Origin: Zestosphaera tikiterensis
GTDB taxonomy: Archaea > Thermoproteota > Thermoprotei_A > Sulfolobales > NBVN01
Reading direction: 5' to 3'
Length of the DNA stretch: 31,500 bases
Assembly (NCBI GenBank): GCA_003056265.1
Contig: NBVN01000008.1
Span: 1-31,500 of the forward strand
This document shows positions 9,573 through 17,426 of the stretch, one piece after another; positions within the stretch are counted from its first letter, which is position 1; every line of letters starts with the position of its first letter. Made by a program: the position numbers and the translations under genes. The notes under the pieces were generated by a model that worked only from the letters and a program-made list of their open reading frames with translations, did not search any database and had not been told where the DNA came from.

Positions 9573-10514
9573 ATGAAGATAGCCTACTTTGCTTATGAAC
9601 ACATTCACCCAGGGCATTTGCTATGGTTATATGTCTTAGGCAGAAACGCGAATACCAGCTTGATCTATGTAAATAGGTCTATGATCTACGATATCATCGA
9701 TAGGGGAAGATACGATGTGGGCATTAGCGAGGGCTTAAAATCTACTTCCTATGCCCTACTACTTAAAACAATGCTAAAAATAAGGAGACTTTACATGGTT
9801 GCACTAAGTCCTGCAATTATTAGCTGGAAGTTCTTAACATTAAGTAAACTCGTAGACGGAATCATCGCCGTATCATCATTGGTTAAATCAGTGATACGAG
9901 AGTATGAATATGAAGGACCTATTTATGTGCTACATCCGTCTCCTCCAGATTTAGCCGAGTTCCTGCTAATTAAACCCAATCTCAAAGAGCCAAATATATG
10001 CTTCATTGGAGCACCAATATACGTGAAGGGGTTTGATAGACTTCCATCCCTAATAAAAAGAGTAAGAAATTCCATTCCTCAAGCCAGGCTTATAGTAATT
10101 GGCGGAGAGCTTAACTCGGAAGGAGTGATGTCTTTTGGATGGGTTTCACGTAGGGAGCTGAAGAAGCTCTTAAGCATGTGTTCCGTTTACGTTCACCCTG
10201 CAAGATTTGATGCAAGTCCCATAAGTGTTTTAGAGGCTATGGCTGCTGGTATCGTGCCTGTTGTCACGCCAGCTACAGGGATGAGTGGAATAGTTTCTAA
10301 GGTAGATCCCAGCCTCGTAGTAAGATTCGATGAGATGCCTAACAGAGTGGTAGAGCTGCTCAAATCCGATCTAAGTGCTCTTTCAAAGAGATGTAAAATT
10401 AAGGCTATAGAACACCATTATAATGTCATTAGAGAAGTCTACAGCTTCTTCAACGAAATTCTACGCGTGTCTGAAAACGAAGGTGGTATAAGTGATGATC
10501 GCACTGACTTTTGA
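9573..10514 (+). CDS. family 4 (GT-B) glycosyltransferase, divergent N-terminal half
   Basis: The C-terminal signature is HPARFDASPISVLEAMAAGIVPVVTPATG. I prefer ATG-9573 (MKIAYFAYEH, a typical GT4 start) over the tracked TTG-9528. Confidence 0.75.
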   Translation: MKIAYFAYEHIHPGHLLWLYVLGRNANTSLIYVNRSMIYDIIDRGRYDVGISEGLKSTSYALLLKTMLKIRRLYMVALSPAIISWKFLTLSKLVDGIIAVSSLVKSVIREYEYEGPIYVLHPSPPDLAEFLLIKPNLKEPNICFIGAPIYVKGFDRLPSLIKRVRNSIPQARLIVIGGELNSEGVMSFGWVSRRELKKLLSMCSVYVHPARFDASPISVLEAMAAGIVPVVTPATGMSGIVSKVDPSLVVRFDEMPNRVVELLKSDLSALSKRCKIKAIEHHYNVIREVYSFFNEILRVSENEGGISDDRTDF

Positions 10515-11124
10515 TGATGGCTACCTAGAGCACTATGCCTATGCTAAAGTGTTGAGAGCTCTAGATGTGAAGGCAACATTTTATATAACCACACATGTAA
10601 GTGAGCTTCTAGGCCGCAAATTGTTAAACATTAAACCAGAATTAATAGCTGAGATGGCTGATATGGGGCATGAGATAGGATCTCACACGTGTACACACCC
10701 AGATTCGACAACAATAGACAGCTACAAGCTTATTGAAGAGTTGGAAAACTCGAAGAAGTTCTTGGAGAATATTACAGGGCGGGAAGTTGTAGGCTTTGCA
10801 TATCCCTATGGAAGGTACAATGAGCGTGTTGCGGAAGCTGTAAAGAAGTTCTACGCTTATGCAAGGTCTACAGAGCTTGTTGGGCGAGGCAAGGAATTAT
10901 ATAATGCTCCTCCGAAGTCGTTATATGAGCTTGGTGCAGTCCCAGTATTTAGTTTAAGGATGATGTGGTTGCCGAGGTTTGTTTGGAACGCTTACTTGTA
11001 CAAAGATGCAAAGCCTATAGCATATACACATACGCCTAGCATTTTAAAGCTCATTCTAATAGTTGCAACTCTGAAGAGTTTAGGTTTCAACTTCGTCACT
11101 GTAAGGCAGTTGTTCAAGGTGTAA
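10492..11124 (+). CDS. polysaccharide deacetylase (NodB homology domain, CE4)
   Basis: NodB motifs are present: ALTFDDG, HEIGSHTCTHP, FAYPYGRYN. The start is GTG-10492 or ATG-10495, and it overlaps the end of the upstream GT4. Confidence 0.9.
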   Translation: MMIALTFDDGYLEHYAYAKVLRALDVKATFYITTHVSELLGRKLLNIKPELIAEMADMGHEIGSHTCTHPDSTTIDSYKLIEELENSKKFLENITGREVVGFAYPYGRYNERVAEAVKKFYAYARSTELVGRGKELYNAPPKSLYELGAVPVFSLRMMWLPRFVWNAYLYKDAKPIAYTHTPSILKLILIVATLKSLGFNFVTVRQLFKV

Positions 11125-11129
11125 AATCA

Positions 11130-12200
11130 ATGAAAATTGCGATAATGAGACGCGGATCCATTACGAGTCTTGACGGCGTTAATAGGTTCTGCGCCTATCT
11201 AGCTGAGGGGCTGAGGAAGCTGGGTCATGAGGTCTTCATAGCCTCGTGGGGCTTCTACGGCGTTGAAAGGGAGAACCTATCCAAGTATTTCGCAGAGGTT
11301 CACGGGCTCGAAGAGGAGATCCCGGTATACACCATCGAGGAGAAGCCCAGGCACGGAGGCCCCTGGGCCGAGATCCTGTTCGACTGGTGGTTTAAGGGTA
11401 GCAGGCTCCTAAAGGAGCTCGGTGCGGACGTCGTGGTTATGAACGGTGTTGCGCCTCTACGCTTCAAGCCCAAGGTTGCTGTGGCTCATGGACCTCTGGG
11501 CAGGGTTTCGAGGCTTAAAAGGCCGATTCTGAAGGCTCTCTACGGGATGTACGACTACGTGGTGTGCGTATCCAAGGCATCGGAGGAGGAGTACAAAGGG
11601 ATAACTAGGTGTAGCGAGATCATTCCGCTACCCTTCAAGACGAGCCTCTACATGCCTAAGCCCCTCGAGTACAGATCCAACATAGTGGTTCACGTAGGTA
11701 CAGCGCCTAGGAAGAATCCCCAGGTGAGTGTTGAAGCTGTTCGGATTCTGAGGGAGAGAGGCTTAGACGTGAAGTTTGTATTCGTAGGAGCCAGGAATAA
11801 TCTTATAGAAGAGTTCGCCAGGAGGTACAGCTTCGTTGAACCCCTCTTCAGCGTTGACGAGAGGACTAAGGCGGAGCTATTGTCCAGAGCGAAGGTTCTG
11901 ATCCTGCCGTCCAGCGGGGAAGCCCTCCCGTATACCACTCTTGAAGCCATGGCGAGCGGAACACCTCCAGTGGTTTCAAGTGCAGTCCCTAGCGACGTGG
12001 TTATAGACGAGTTCAACGGGGTCAGAGTGGACAGCCTTAACCCAGTCGACTATGCGAATGCGCTGGAGAAGTTGCTTAGAGAGGAAGACCTATGGCTCAA
12101 GCTATCGAGAAATGGAACCGAGTTCGTTAAGAGATTCGACCAAGTGGAGGTCGCCAGGAGGTATGAGGACGTCTTTAGGAGGCTACTCCATGAGTCCTAG
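11130..12200 (+). CDS. family 4 (GT-B) glycosyltransferase
   Basis: The N-terminus reads MKIAIMRRG...GVNRFCAYLAEGLRKLGHEV. The C-terminal part reads SSGEALPYTTLEAMASGTPPVVS (EX7E). The gene is GC-rich and lies 5 nt after the deacetylase. Confidence 0.9.
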   Translation: MKIAIMRRGSITSLDGVNRFCAYLAEGLRKLGHEVFIASWGFYGVERENLSKYFAEVHGLEEEIPVYTIEEKPRHGGPWAEILFDWWFKGSRLLKELGADVVVMNGVAPLRFKPKVAVAHGPLGRVSRLKRPILKALYGMYDYVVCVSKASEEEYKGITRCSEIIPLPFKTSLYMPKPLEYRSNIVVHVGTAPRKNPQVSVEAVRILRERGLDVKFVFVGARNNLIEEFARRYSFVEPLFSVDERTKAELLSRAKVLILPSSGEALPYTTLEAMASGTPPVVSSAVPSDVVIDEFNGVRVDSLNPVDYANALEKLLREEDLWLKLSRNGTEFVKRFDQVEVARRYEDVFRRLLHES

Positions 12201-12999
12201 GGAGGCCCTCCTAAGGGTTAGAGAAGTCGTCGAAACTTCCGGGGATGGAAGGGTTAGGCACAGCTACTACCTAGAGTTTCATATAAGGCTTCAAGCCTTG
12301 GAGCTCGTAGCTGAGTACTGCCAGGACAGGAGGGTCGTAGACTTCGGTGCGAGCCCCTTCATAACCTCGTGCGCTTTAAATTTTATGGGCTTCGAGGTTA
12401 TAGCTGTTGACTTCGACCCGGAGGAGTACAGGAGTATTGCGGAGACATGCCAAGTCCAAGCTGTTAGGGCGGATCTCGAGAGGGATAGGGTACCGGTAGG
12501 GGATGAATGGACTGACTGCGCAATCTTCTCAGAGGTCTTGGAGCACATTAACCCGTACTATGTGGGTCACGCTCTCTCAGAGATCAGCAGGGTTCTGAGG
12601 CCCGGAGGGATCCTTGTACTCACGACGCCGAACATAGCCTCACTCTTCAGGAGGATACGGCTTCTGCTGGGGATTCAGCCTCAGTACAGGCTTCACGTCC
12701 ACGAGTACACGAAGCCCGAGGTCGAAGACCTCTTGGGGAGGCATGGCTTCAGGGTCTTGAGGAGCTTCTACTCTGACGTAGACGACCTGACCTACGTAGA
12801 CGCAGAGGCCGAGGAGTACTTGGAGCTGGGCACCTATCGGCGGCTCCTACGCCTAGCCCTTAGGAGGCCTACGAGGCTGAACATCCTTAGGCTTCTCGCT
12901 TACCCCATCGTCAAAGCGTTTCCGGGTCTCAGGATGCTTATAGTCGTGGTAGCTGAGAAGGTGTCTGGTGCTGAAACCATTGGTGTGCACAGATGGTGA
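12190..12999 (+). CDS. class I SAM-dependent methyltransferase
   Basis: ATG-12190 overlaps the GT4 stop (ATGAGTCCTAG). Motifs are VVDFGASP (motif I-like), AVDFDPE, CAIFSEVLEHINP and LRPGGILVLTTPN. The tracked start at 12052 lies inside the GT4 gene and is unlikely. Confidence 0.85.
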   Translation: MSPREALLRVREVVETSGDGRVRHSYYLEFHIRLQALELVAEYCQDRRVVDFGASPFITSCALNFMGFEVIAVDFDPEEYRSIAETCQVQAVRADLERDRVPVGDEWTDCAIFSEVLEHINPYYVGHALSEISRVLRPGGILVLTTPNIASLFRRIRLLLGIQPQYRLHVHEYTKPEVEDLLGRHGFRVLRSFYSDVDDLTYVDAEAEEYLELGTYRRLLRLALRRPTRLNILRLLAYPIVKAFPGLRMLIVVVAEKVSGAETIGVHRW

Positions 13000-13204
13000 G
13001 TGGAGATCGTTGATTGCCGTGTTAAGCGCTATGCCTAATGCTATCCTCATAACTTGTGATACCGGGTTTATGCCGACTCTTCTAGAGGAATGCGAGATTT
13101 CACTACTCAATCTTTATCAAGTCCATGGATTCCGCCTCTGCACCGGGTAGAGTACTTTAAAGTAGATAAGTAGGTGAAACATCTTGAAGGAGGAAGTGTA
13201 GCTG

Positions 13205-13945
13205 GTGGTGGAAGTGTACATACATAGGGATAAGATTAAGTGTGCTATTGACCTACTGGAGAAGGGTGCTTCACAGAGGGAGATCGCTAAGGCTTGCGGC
13301 TTAAGCATGTCCCAGGTCTCAGCTATAGGTAGGGAATATGGGTACTATGTTGATGTTAAAGAGCATTTCGAGAAGCTTAAGGAGGAGAAGAAGAGGGAGT
13401 ATGAGGCTTTTAGGAATTCTATCCTCGAAGAAAAGAAGAAGCTTGAAACGGAGCTTAGAGACCTAAGTGAGAGGCTTGAGGCACTTAAAGATGAGGAGAA
13501 AGCGCTGCGGAAGAGTGTGGAGGACCTCAGGCACGTTGAGGAGTCCTTGAAGCAGGAGATCGGAACATTAGTGAATGCTTTAAAGATTGTGTGTTTTCAT
13601 TATCAGGCGTATCGTGCTGAAGCTGAGAAGCATATGGAGTCTTTAGAGAAAGCTATTGGTAGTGAGGTGTGGAAATTCCTCGAAGAGATCGAAGCCCTCA
13701 TGAGCCCTGAACTCCTCAAAGATCTTGAGGAGTTTGGGAATTCTCTCGACCGTATCGCAGTAACTAAAGAGTATAGAGAATATTTGAAAAGCAGGTTTGA
13801 GAGAGTGGCGAGTGCTTTAAGAAGTTTATTTGTTTTGCTGAATAAGGGAGGGTACTTCGTAAACTTAATGGTTTTAGCGCAACTTAGGGATCTGTGTAGC
13901 ATAGTTGATGTGCTGGAGCGTGTAAGCAAGAAAGAGACTAGGTAA
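13205..13945 (+). CDS. HTH DNA-binding protein with a long coiled-coil region; family not recognised
   Basis: GGAGG at 13189-13193 precedes GTG-13205. The N-terminus has a helix-turn-helix (GASQREIAKACGLSMSQVSAIGREYG). Heptad-like Glu/Lys/Leu-rich sequence follows (EKLKEEKKREYEAF...LETELRDLSERLEALKDEEKALRKSVEDLRHVEESLKQEI). Confidence 0.6.
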   Translation: MVEVYIHRDKIKCAIDLLEKGASQREIAKACGLSMSQVSAIGREYGYYVDVKEHFEKLKEEKKREYEAFRNSILEEKKKLETELRDLSERLEALKDEEKALRKSVEDLRHVEESLKQEIGTLVNALKIVCFHYQAYRAEAEKHMESLEKAIGSEVWKFLEEIEALMSPELLKDLEEFGNSLDRIAVTKEYREYLKSRFERVASALRSLFVLLNKGGYFVNLMVLAQLRDLCSIVDVLERVSKKETR

Positions 13946-13951
13946 GTTAGT

Positions 13952-14045
13952 GCTACATATAGATACGTCTTGCTACATCTACGCTACATCTGGATACACA
14001 GACTACATCAAAATACACCTGATACATGCTACGACAACCTTACAA
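13952..14045 (+). repeat. degenerate tandem array of about 10-nt units with core TACA(T/C), ten copies
   Basis: TAC(A/G) starts at 13954, 13964, 13974, 13985, 13995, 14004, 14014, 14023, 14030 and 14041. The spacings are 10, 10, 11, 10, 9, 10, 9, 7 and 11 nt. Six copies read TACAT and several read (G)CTACATC. Confidence 0.85.
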
Positions 14046-14096
14046 ACCGTGAGACTCCATGCCTTACGCAGACCCACCCCGCTTCATCCTCGACCA

Positions 14097-14102
14097 TTTT
14101 TT
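14097..14102 (+). terminator. oligo-T tract (T6, then ATT), a possible archaeal terminator downstream of the HTH gene and array
   Basis: CCATTTTTTATTCC is the only long T-run between 13946 and 14466. Archaeal termination typically occurs at oligo-T. Confidence 0.2.
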
Positions 14103-14260
14103 ATTCCAGTCTAGAAGTTTACTGAAGCATGCGTATATATGTAGTGATGTATCGCATAGTATTAGGCAATGCTCTTACGCGTTCAGCTCAACTATGGGGA
14201 AGAGGCCTACTGAAGGGAGGAATAAAGCAGGGCTTCCAAATAATCTCAGCCTTGAAGCCG

Positions 14261-14277
14261 TGATACATGGTGTATCA
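14261..14277. repeat. perfect dyad TGATACA-TGG-TGTATCA sharing the GATACA core of the upstream array
   Basis: Read directly from the sequence. Inverted copies of the array word also occur at 14139-14144 (ATGTAG) and 14146-14153 (GATGTATC). Confidence 0.7.
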
Positions 14278-14466
14278 GCGACTATGCAAGGACAAGTGTA
14301 GCTCACTCAGGGAAGTATAGTCCTCCTAACCGGTGGCAGGATTTACAGGAAGCCGTAAATGAGCCCTCCGGCTATGCATAGGCCTAGGCTCATGGTGTTC
14401 TCGAAGCTCTTCCGGCCCAAGGGTGGTGGAGCTGGTTTGCAATATGACGTAATCAATGAAAATAGC

Positions 14467-15210
14467 ATGCATAATAGAAAGGCCATGATTATCTTTGTCT
14501 CAGGCCTTGTAGGTGCGGGTAAGACCACTTTTGCAAGAAATCTCAAGTCTTATTTAGTATCTCAAGGTTTTAAGGTATGCATATACAGGATTAGTGCCTT
14601 TCCACTCATTTCATACGCATTCTTCAGATCGCTAGCTTGTATACTCTATGGTTGCAAAGTAGTCAAGAATTATGAAAAAATCAACATTCATCCATCAACT
14701 CTAGTTCTACTAAGAGTTAAGAGAATACCGTTTTTGACGACATTAATTGTGATTTACCTAGAAATAGTGAGTACGCTTCTAAAATATCTTGAGGTCTTTC
14801 TTCACTGTAGACGAATAAACACGATAATTATAGATGAAGGTTTAATTAATCAATTTGCGAACTATATCGAGATTCTCGGCAAGCAAAGTGCGTTACTTAT
14901 ATCCTTTATTGAAATAGTCTTTGAAAAGCTTAGAAAGATGCTTAGCTTCGATATAGACATCATCTTTATAAATATCAGGGACTACTCTGTGCTCCTAAAT
15001 CGCTGGTACATGCGTGGACATCCATTACTTACAAGCTTCATCGATCTAAAGCATCATTTTAAATACCTGAGATGTATCGAGATTTCGAAGAATATCATGC
15101 TAAAAGTGTTTAGTCAGCATATAGTCGAACTGAACACTGATGAAAAGACGCCACATGAGTTAGTACTAGAGTACCTTAGTAGCAGAGGGCGTCATTATGA
15201 TCGGCGATGA
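14467..15210 (+). CDS. P-loop nucleoside/nucleotide-kinase-like protein (thymidylate-kinase-fold-like), paralogue of 16785..17426
   Basis: Walker A is FVSGLVGAGKTTFARNL and the Walker B-like strand is NTIIIDEG. The likely start is ATG-14467 or ATG-14485 (MIIFVSG) rather than the tracked 14359. The gene is AT-rich. Confidence 0.6.
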   Translation: MHNRKAMIIFVSGLVGAGKTTFARNLKSYLVSQGFKVCIYRISAFPLISYAFFRSLACILYGCKVVKNYEKINIHPSTLVLLRVKRIPFLTTLIVIYLEIVSTLLKYLEVFLHCRRINTIIIDEGLINQFANYIEILGKQSALLISFIEIVFEKLRKMLSFDIDIIFINIRDYSVLLNRWYMRGHPLLTSFIDLKHHFKYLRCIEISKNIMLKVFSQHIVELNTDEKTPHELVLEYLSSRGRHYDRR

Positions 15211-15799
15211 CCGCACGTCATCAAAGGCTCTAGTAGCTTATGTTGTCGATCTAGATCATACGTTAGTAGGAATTAATACTGCCTACGAATTCTTGAAAAT
15301 CTTATGTCCACTAAAATACATGATATTATCAAGGCTACTGTTCCCATTCAGTTTTTTGAATCATATACTAAGAAGAGATCTCTTCAAGTTTATCATGATG
15401 AAGCTTTGCGTAAGAAATTTCGGCGAAAAAGAAATAAAATTATACGCGCAAGCGTATTACCGAAAATATATACCAAAGCATCTCAACACCTCTCTCACAG
15501 TATTTCTACAGACACAAAAAGGATTGAAAGTACTATTAACCGCTTCAATAGACTTAATAGCAGATAACCTCAAGGAACTGGGTTTTGACATCATTATAAG
15601 TACTAAATCATTTTTTAAAAAAGGCAGATACTACACAATACTCGACCTATACGGTAAGAAGGGCTGTCTCCTGCAAGTCGTCTCAAAGTATTTCAGTAAA
15701 ATAATAGTTTTCGATGATGCCCCCGAACAAAGCTTCTATAAATTAAACAACGTTGTTGTAGTGAAGATACGCTATGACTCCTCAGAGCAAAATCGATAA
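15197..15799 (+). CDS. HAD-superfamily (IB-like) phosphatase
   Basis: HAD motifs are I VVDLDHTLV (DxDxT), II LLTAS, III GKKG and IV VFDDAPE. It overlaps the upstream gene by 14 nt. Confidence 0.65.
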   Translation: MIGDDRTSSKALVAYVVDLDHTLVGINTAYEFLKILCPLKYMILSRLLFPFSFLNHILRRDLFKFIMMKLCVRNFGEKEIKLYAQAYYRKYIPKHLNTSLTVFLQTQKGLKVLLTASIDLIADNLKELGFDIIISTKSFFKKGRYYTILDLYGKKGCLLQVVSKYFSKIIVFDDAPEQSFYKLNNVVVVKIRYDSSEQNR

Positions 15800-16697
15800 G
15801 CTCATACTAGTTCTTAACATGGTTACATATAGGATTGATGCATTACTAGCAAACGCTATAGATGTAATTATGATATCGGCTTATACCACCATTGTAAGTA
15901 AGGCCTTGAATCTATTGAACGCATCGCTAGATGAGGTCATTTACTTATTGGGCGTGACAATAATTCTTACACATATTGCCTACATGATTGTATATCTGTT
16001 AAACGATTTGATAGATTACTCTACGGCATATCTTTCTAAAGTCGATTATTCATTCTATAGATTAAGACCCGTATTCTATTTCAGGCGTGCACTATGGATA
16101 ATAGTATACTCCGCTCTATTATATGTTACAGGTATTACAGCGATATTGATTACCATACCAACAATCTCTGGGCCTACGCTAATCTTCATACCTGTATTCA
16201 TTGTGACGGCAATAATGCATTCATATGCCAGAGGAATTCATAGAATTATCACATTCCTTATGTTGAGATTTAGTAAATACATATATACGTTAGTAGCGTT
16301 TAGCATGCTTTCTTTCGGCGAGATAAATACCTACGTACTGTTGTTAACGACGTTCTCCATCATCATTCCTTACCTTGCATATTCCTCGACAGGTTATAGC
16401 AGATTAAAGGGGTTGAAAACGAGAAGCTTAAATGGAATTGCGTACCTAATCCCCGTTCTCAGCATTTTAATGGCAATACCTTTGGGAATGACTTTATTAG
16501 GCTACTCAATTTTCGACTTATTGAGAGCATTGTTGTGTGGTTACTTTTACATCATACTTCCATTGACTATAGTAAGACAGATGCTCCGTAGACCATTAGG
16601 TGCAGTTAACCCAACTTTCTATCATCATCTTCTACGTCTATCTTTAGGATTTGTCGCCGCATTTTCTATAAGCATCCTAGTCATCCTACTTTCGTGA
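15774..16697 (+). CDS. polytopic membrane protein with an NDxxD motif (UbiA-prenyltransferase-like?)
   Basis: It has about 8-9 hydrophobic helices. YLLNDLIDYSTA after TM2 resembles the first Asp-rich motif (NDxxDxxxD) of UbiA-type transferases, but the third Asp is missing and the second motif is unclear. It overlaps the HAD gene by 26 nt. Confidence 0.4.
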   Translation: MTPQSKIDKLILVLNMVTYRIDALLANAIDVIMISAYTTIVSKALNLLNASLDEVIYLLGVTIILTHIAYMIVYLLNDLIDYSTAYLSKVDYSFYRLRPVFYFRRALWIIVYSALLYVTGITAILITIPTISGPTLIFIPVFIVTAIMHSYARGIHRIITFLMLRFSKYIYTLVAFSMLSFGEINTYVLLLTTFSIIIPYLAYSSTGYSRLKGLKTRSLNGIAYLIPVLSILMAIPLGMTLLGYSIFDLLRALLCGYFYIILPLTIVRQMLRRPLGAVNPTFYHHLLRLSLGFVAAFSISILVILLS

Positions 16698-16784
16698 GCA
16701 AGCATTCTCTGAAATCATAGATATATAGCTTCTTGTCATTTCATCATTGCCACACAAGTAGTGAGACGGAGAGGGCTTGCCGAC

Positions 16785-17426
16785 ATGTTGAGGCCCCTAT
16801 CTCGTTCTAAGCACTCCAAACTCGCCATAGCCCTCTCTGGCTGCGATGGCTCGGGGAAGACTACTCTCGCAAAGATCCTGGCTTCATATCTCTCTAGGTA
16901 TGGCTCTGCCGGGGTTTTCTGGTTTCGTGGTAGCCATTTCATGGCCTCCCTGCTTCTCCGCGTGCTCAGCCGGTTCAGGGTTTTTAGGGATGGCTGCAAC
17001 CCGTATTATGGGGTCTGCATCCCTAGGAAGCTGAGGCAGCTGTGGATCCATATCGAGTTCTGGTCTGCTATCCCGTATATTCTTCTGAGAACTGTGTTGG
17101 GGAGGCTGTATAGGTTCATCGTTTTCGATAGGGGTGTTGTAGACTTCATTGCCTGGGTTGTCACCACCCTCGGCTACCCGGGGTTTTTATCGAGCCTCTA
17201 CGGTAGATTCCTGGTTAGACTGGCTTTGAAGGAGAATATCGTCTACCTCCACGCTGATAGGGATGTGCTCGTTGCGAGAGCTGATGTGTCGCCGGGTTTT
17301 ATTTATAGGGAGTACGCTGTCTACAGTGTTTTAATGAGGTATCTTGCTAGGTGCATTATTGATACTGGTTTAAACAGGCCTGTAGGGGCTACTGTAGGTG
17401 TTTTAAAGTGTATGGGGCTAGCCTGA
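16785..17426 (+). CDS. P-loop thymidylate-kinase-fold protein, paralogue of 14467..15210
   Basis: ALSGCDGSGKTTLAKIL is the G-DG-GKTT P-loop typical of dTMP-kinase-like proteins. Other motifs are IVFDRGVVDF (DR motif) and LHADRDVLVAR. The start is ATG-16785 or GTG-16761. The gene is GC-richer than its paralogue. Confidence 0.65.
   Translation: MLRPLSRSKHSKLAIALSGCDGSGKTTLAKILASYLSRYGSAGVFWFRGSHFMASLLLRVLSRFRVFRDGCNPYYGVCIPRKLRQLWIHIEFWSAIPYILLRTVLGRLYRFIVFDRGVVDFIAWVVTTLGYPGFLSSLYGRFLVRLALKENIVYLHADRDVLVARADVSPGFIYREYAVYSVLMRYLARCIIDTGLNRPVGATVGVLKCMGLA

Noticed and set aside
12052-12189. A long N-terminal extension of the methyltransferase ORF (tracked start 12052).
   Set aside because: The extension lies wholly inside the well-supported GT4 gene in another frame, and its translation is Arg/Ser/Gly-rich. 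ATG-12190, overlapping the GT4 stop, gives a normal-length enzyme.
14104-14117. An origin-recognition-box-like word, TTCCAGTCTAGAAG (the first 7 nt match the crenarchaeal ORB core TTCCAGTGGAAA).
   Set aside because: Only a half-site matches. There is no G-string, no second ORB in inverted orientation, no A/T-rich unwinding element between sites, and no orc1/cdc6 gene nearby.
14059-14301. An 80-aa ORF in the gap after the TACAT array.
   Set aside because: Its composition (few charged residues; Ser/His/Cys/Gln-rich) is unlike every convincing protein in the window. It has no SD or TATA context and no motif. I treat the region as non-coding.
14298-14345. A tRNA-like start, GTAGCTCACTCAGGGAAG.
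   Set aside because: No D-stem partner (GAGC) follows. The nearest hairpin (CCTCC TAACC GGTGG) has a mismatch and a 5-nt loop. There is no T-arm (GGTTCGAATCC-type) or acceptor complement. I found no T-loop consensus anywhere in the window.
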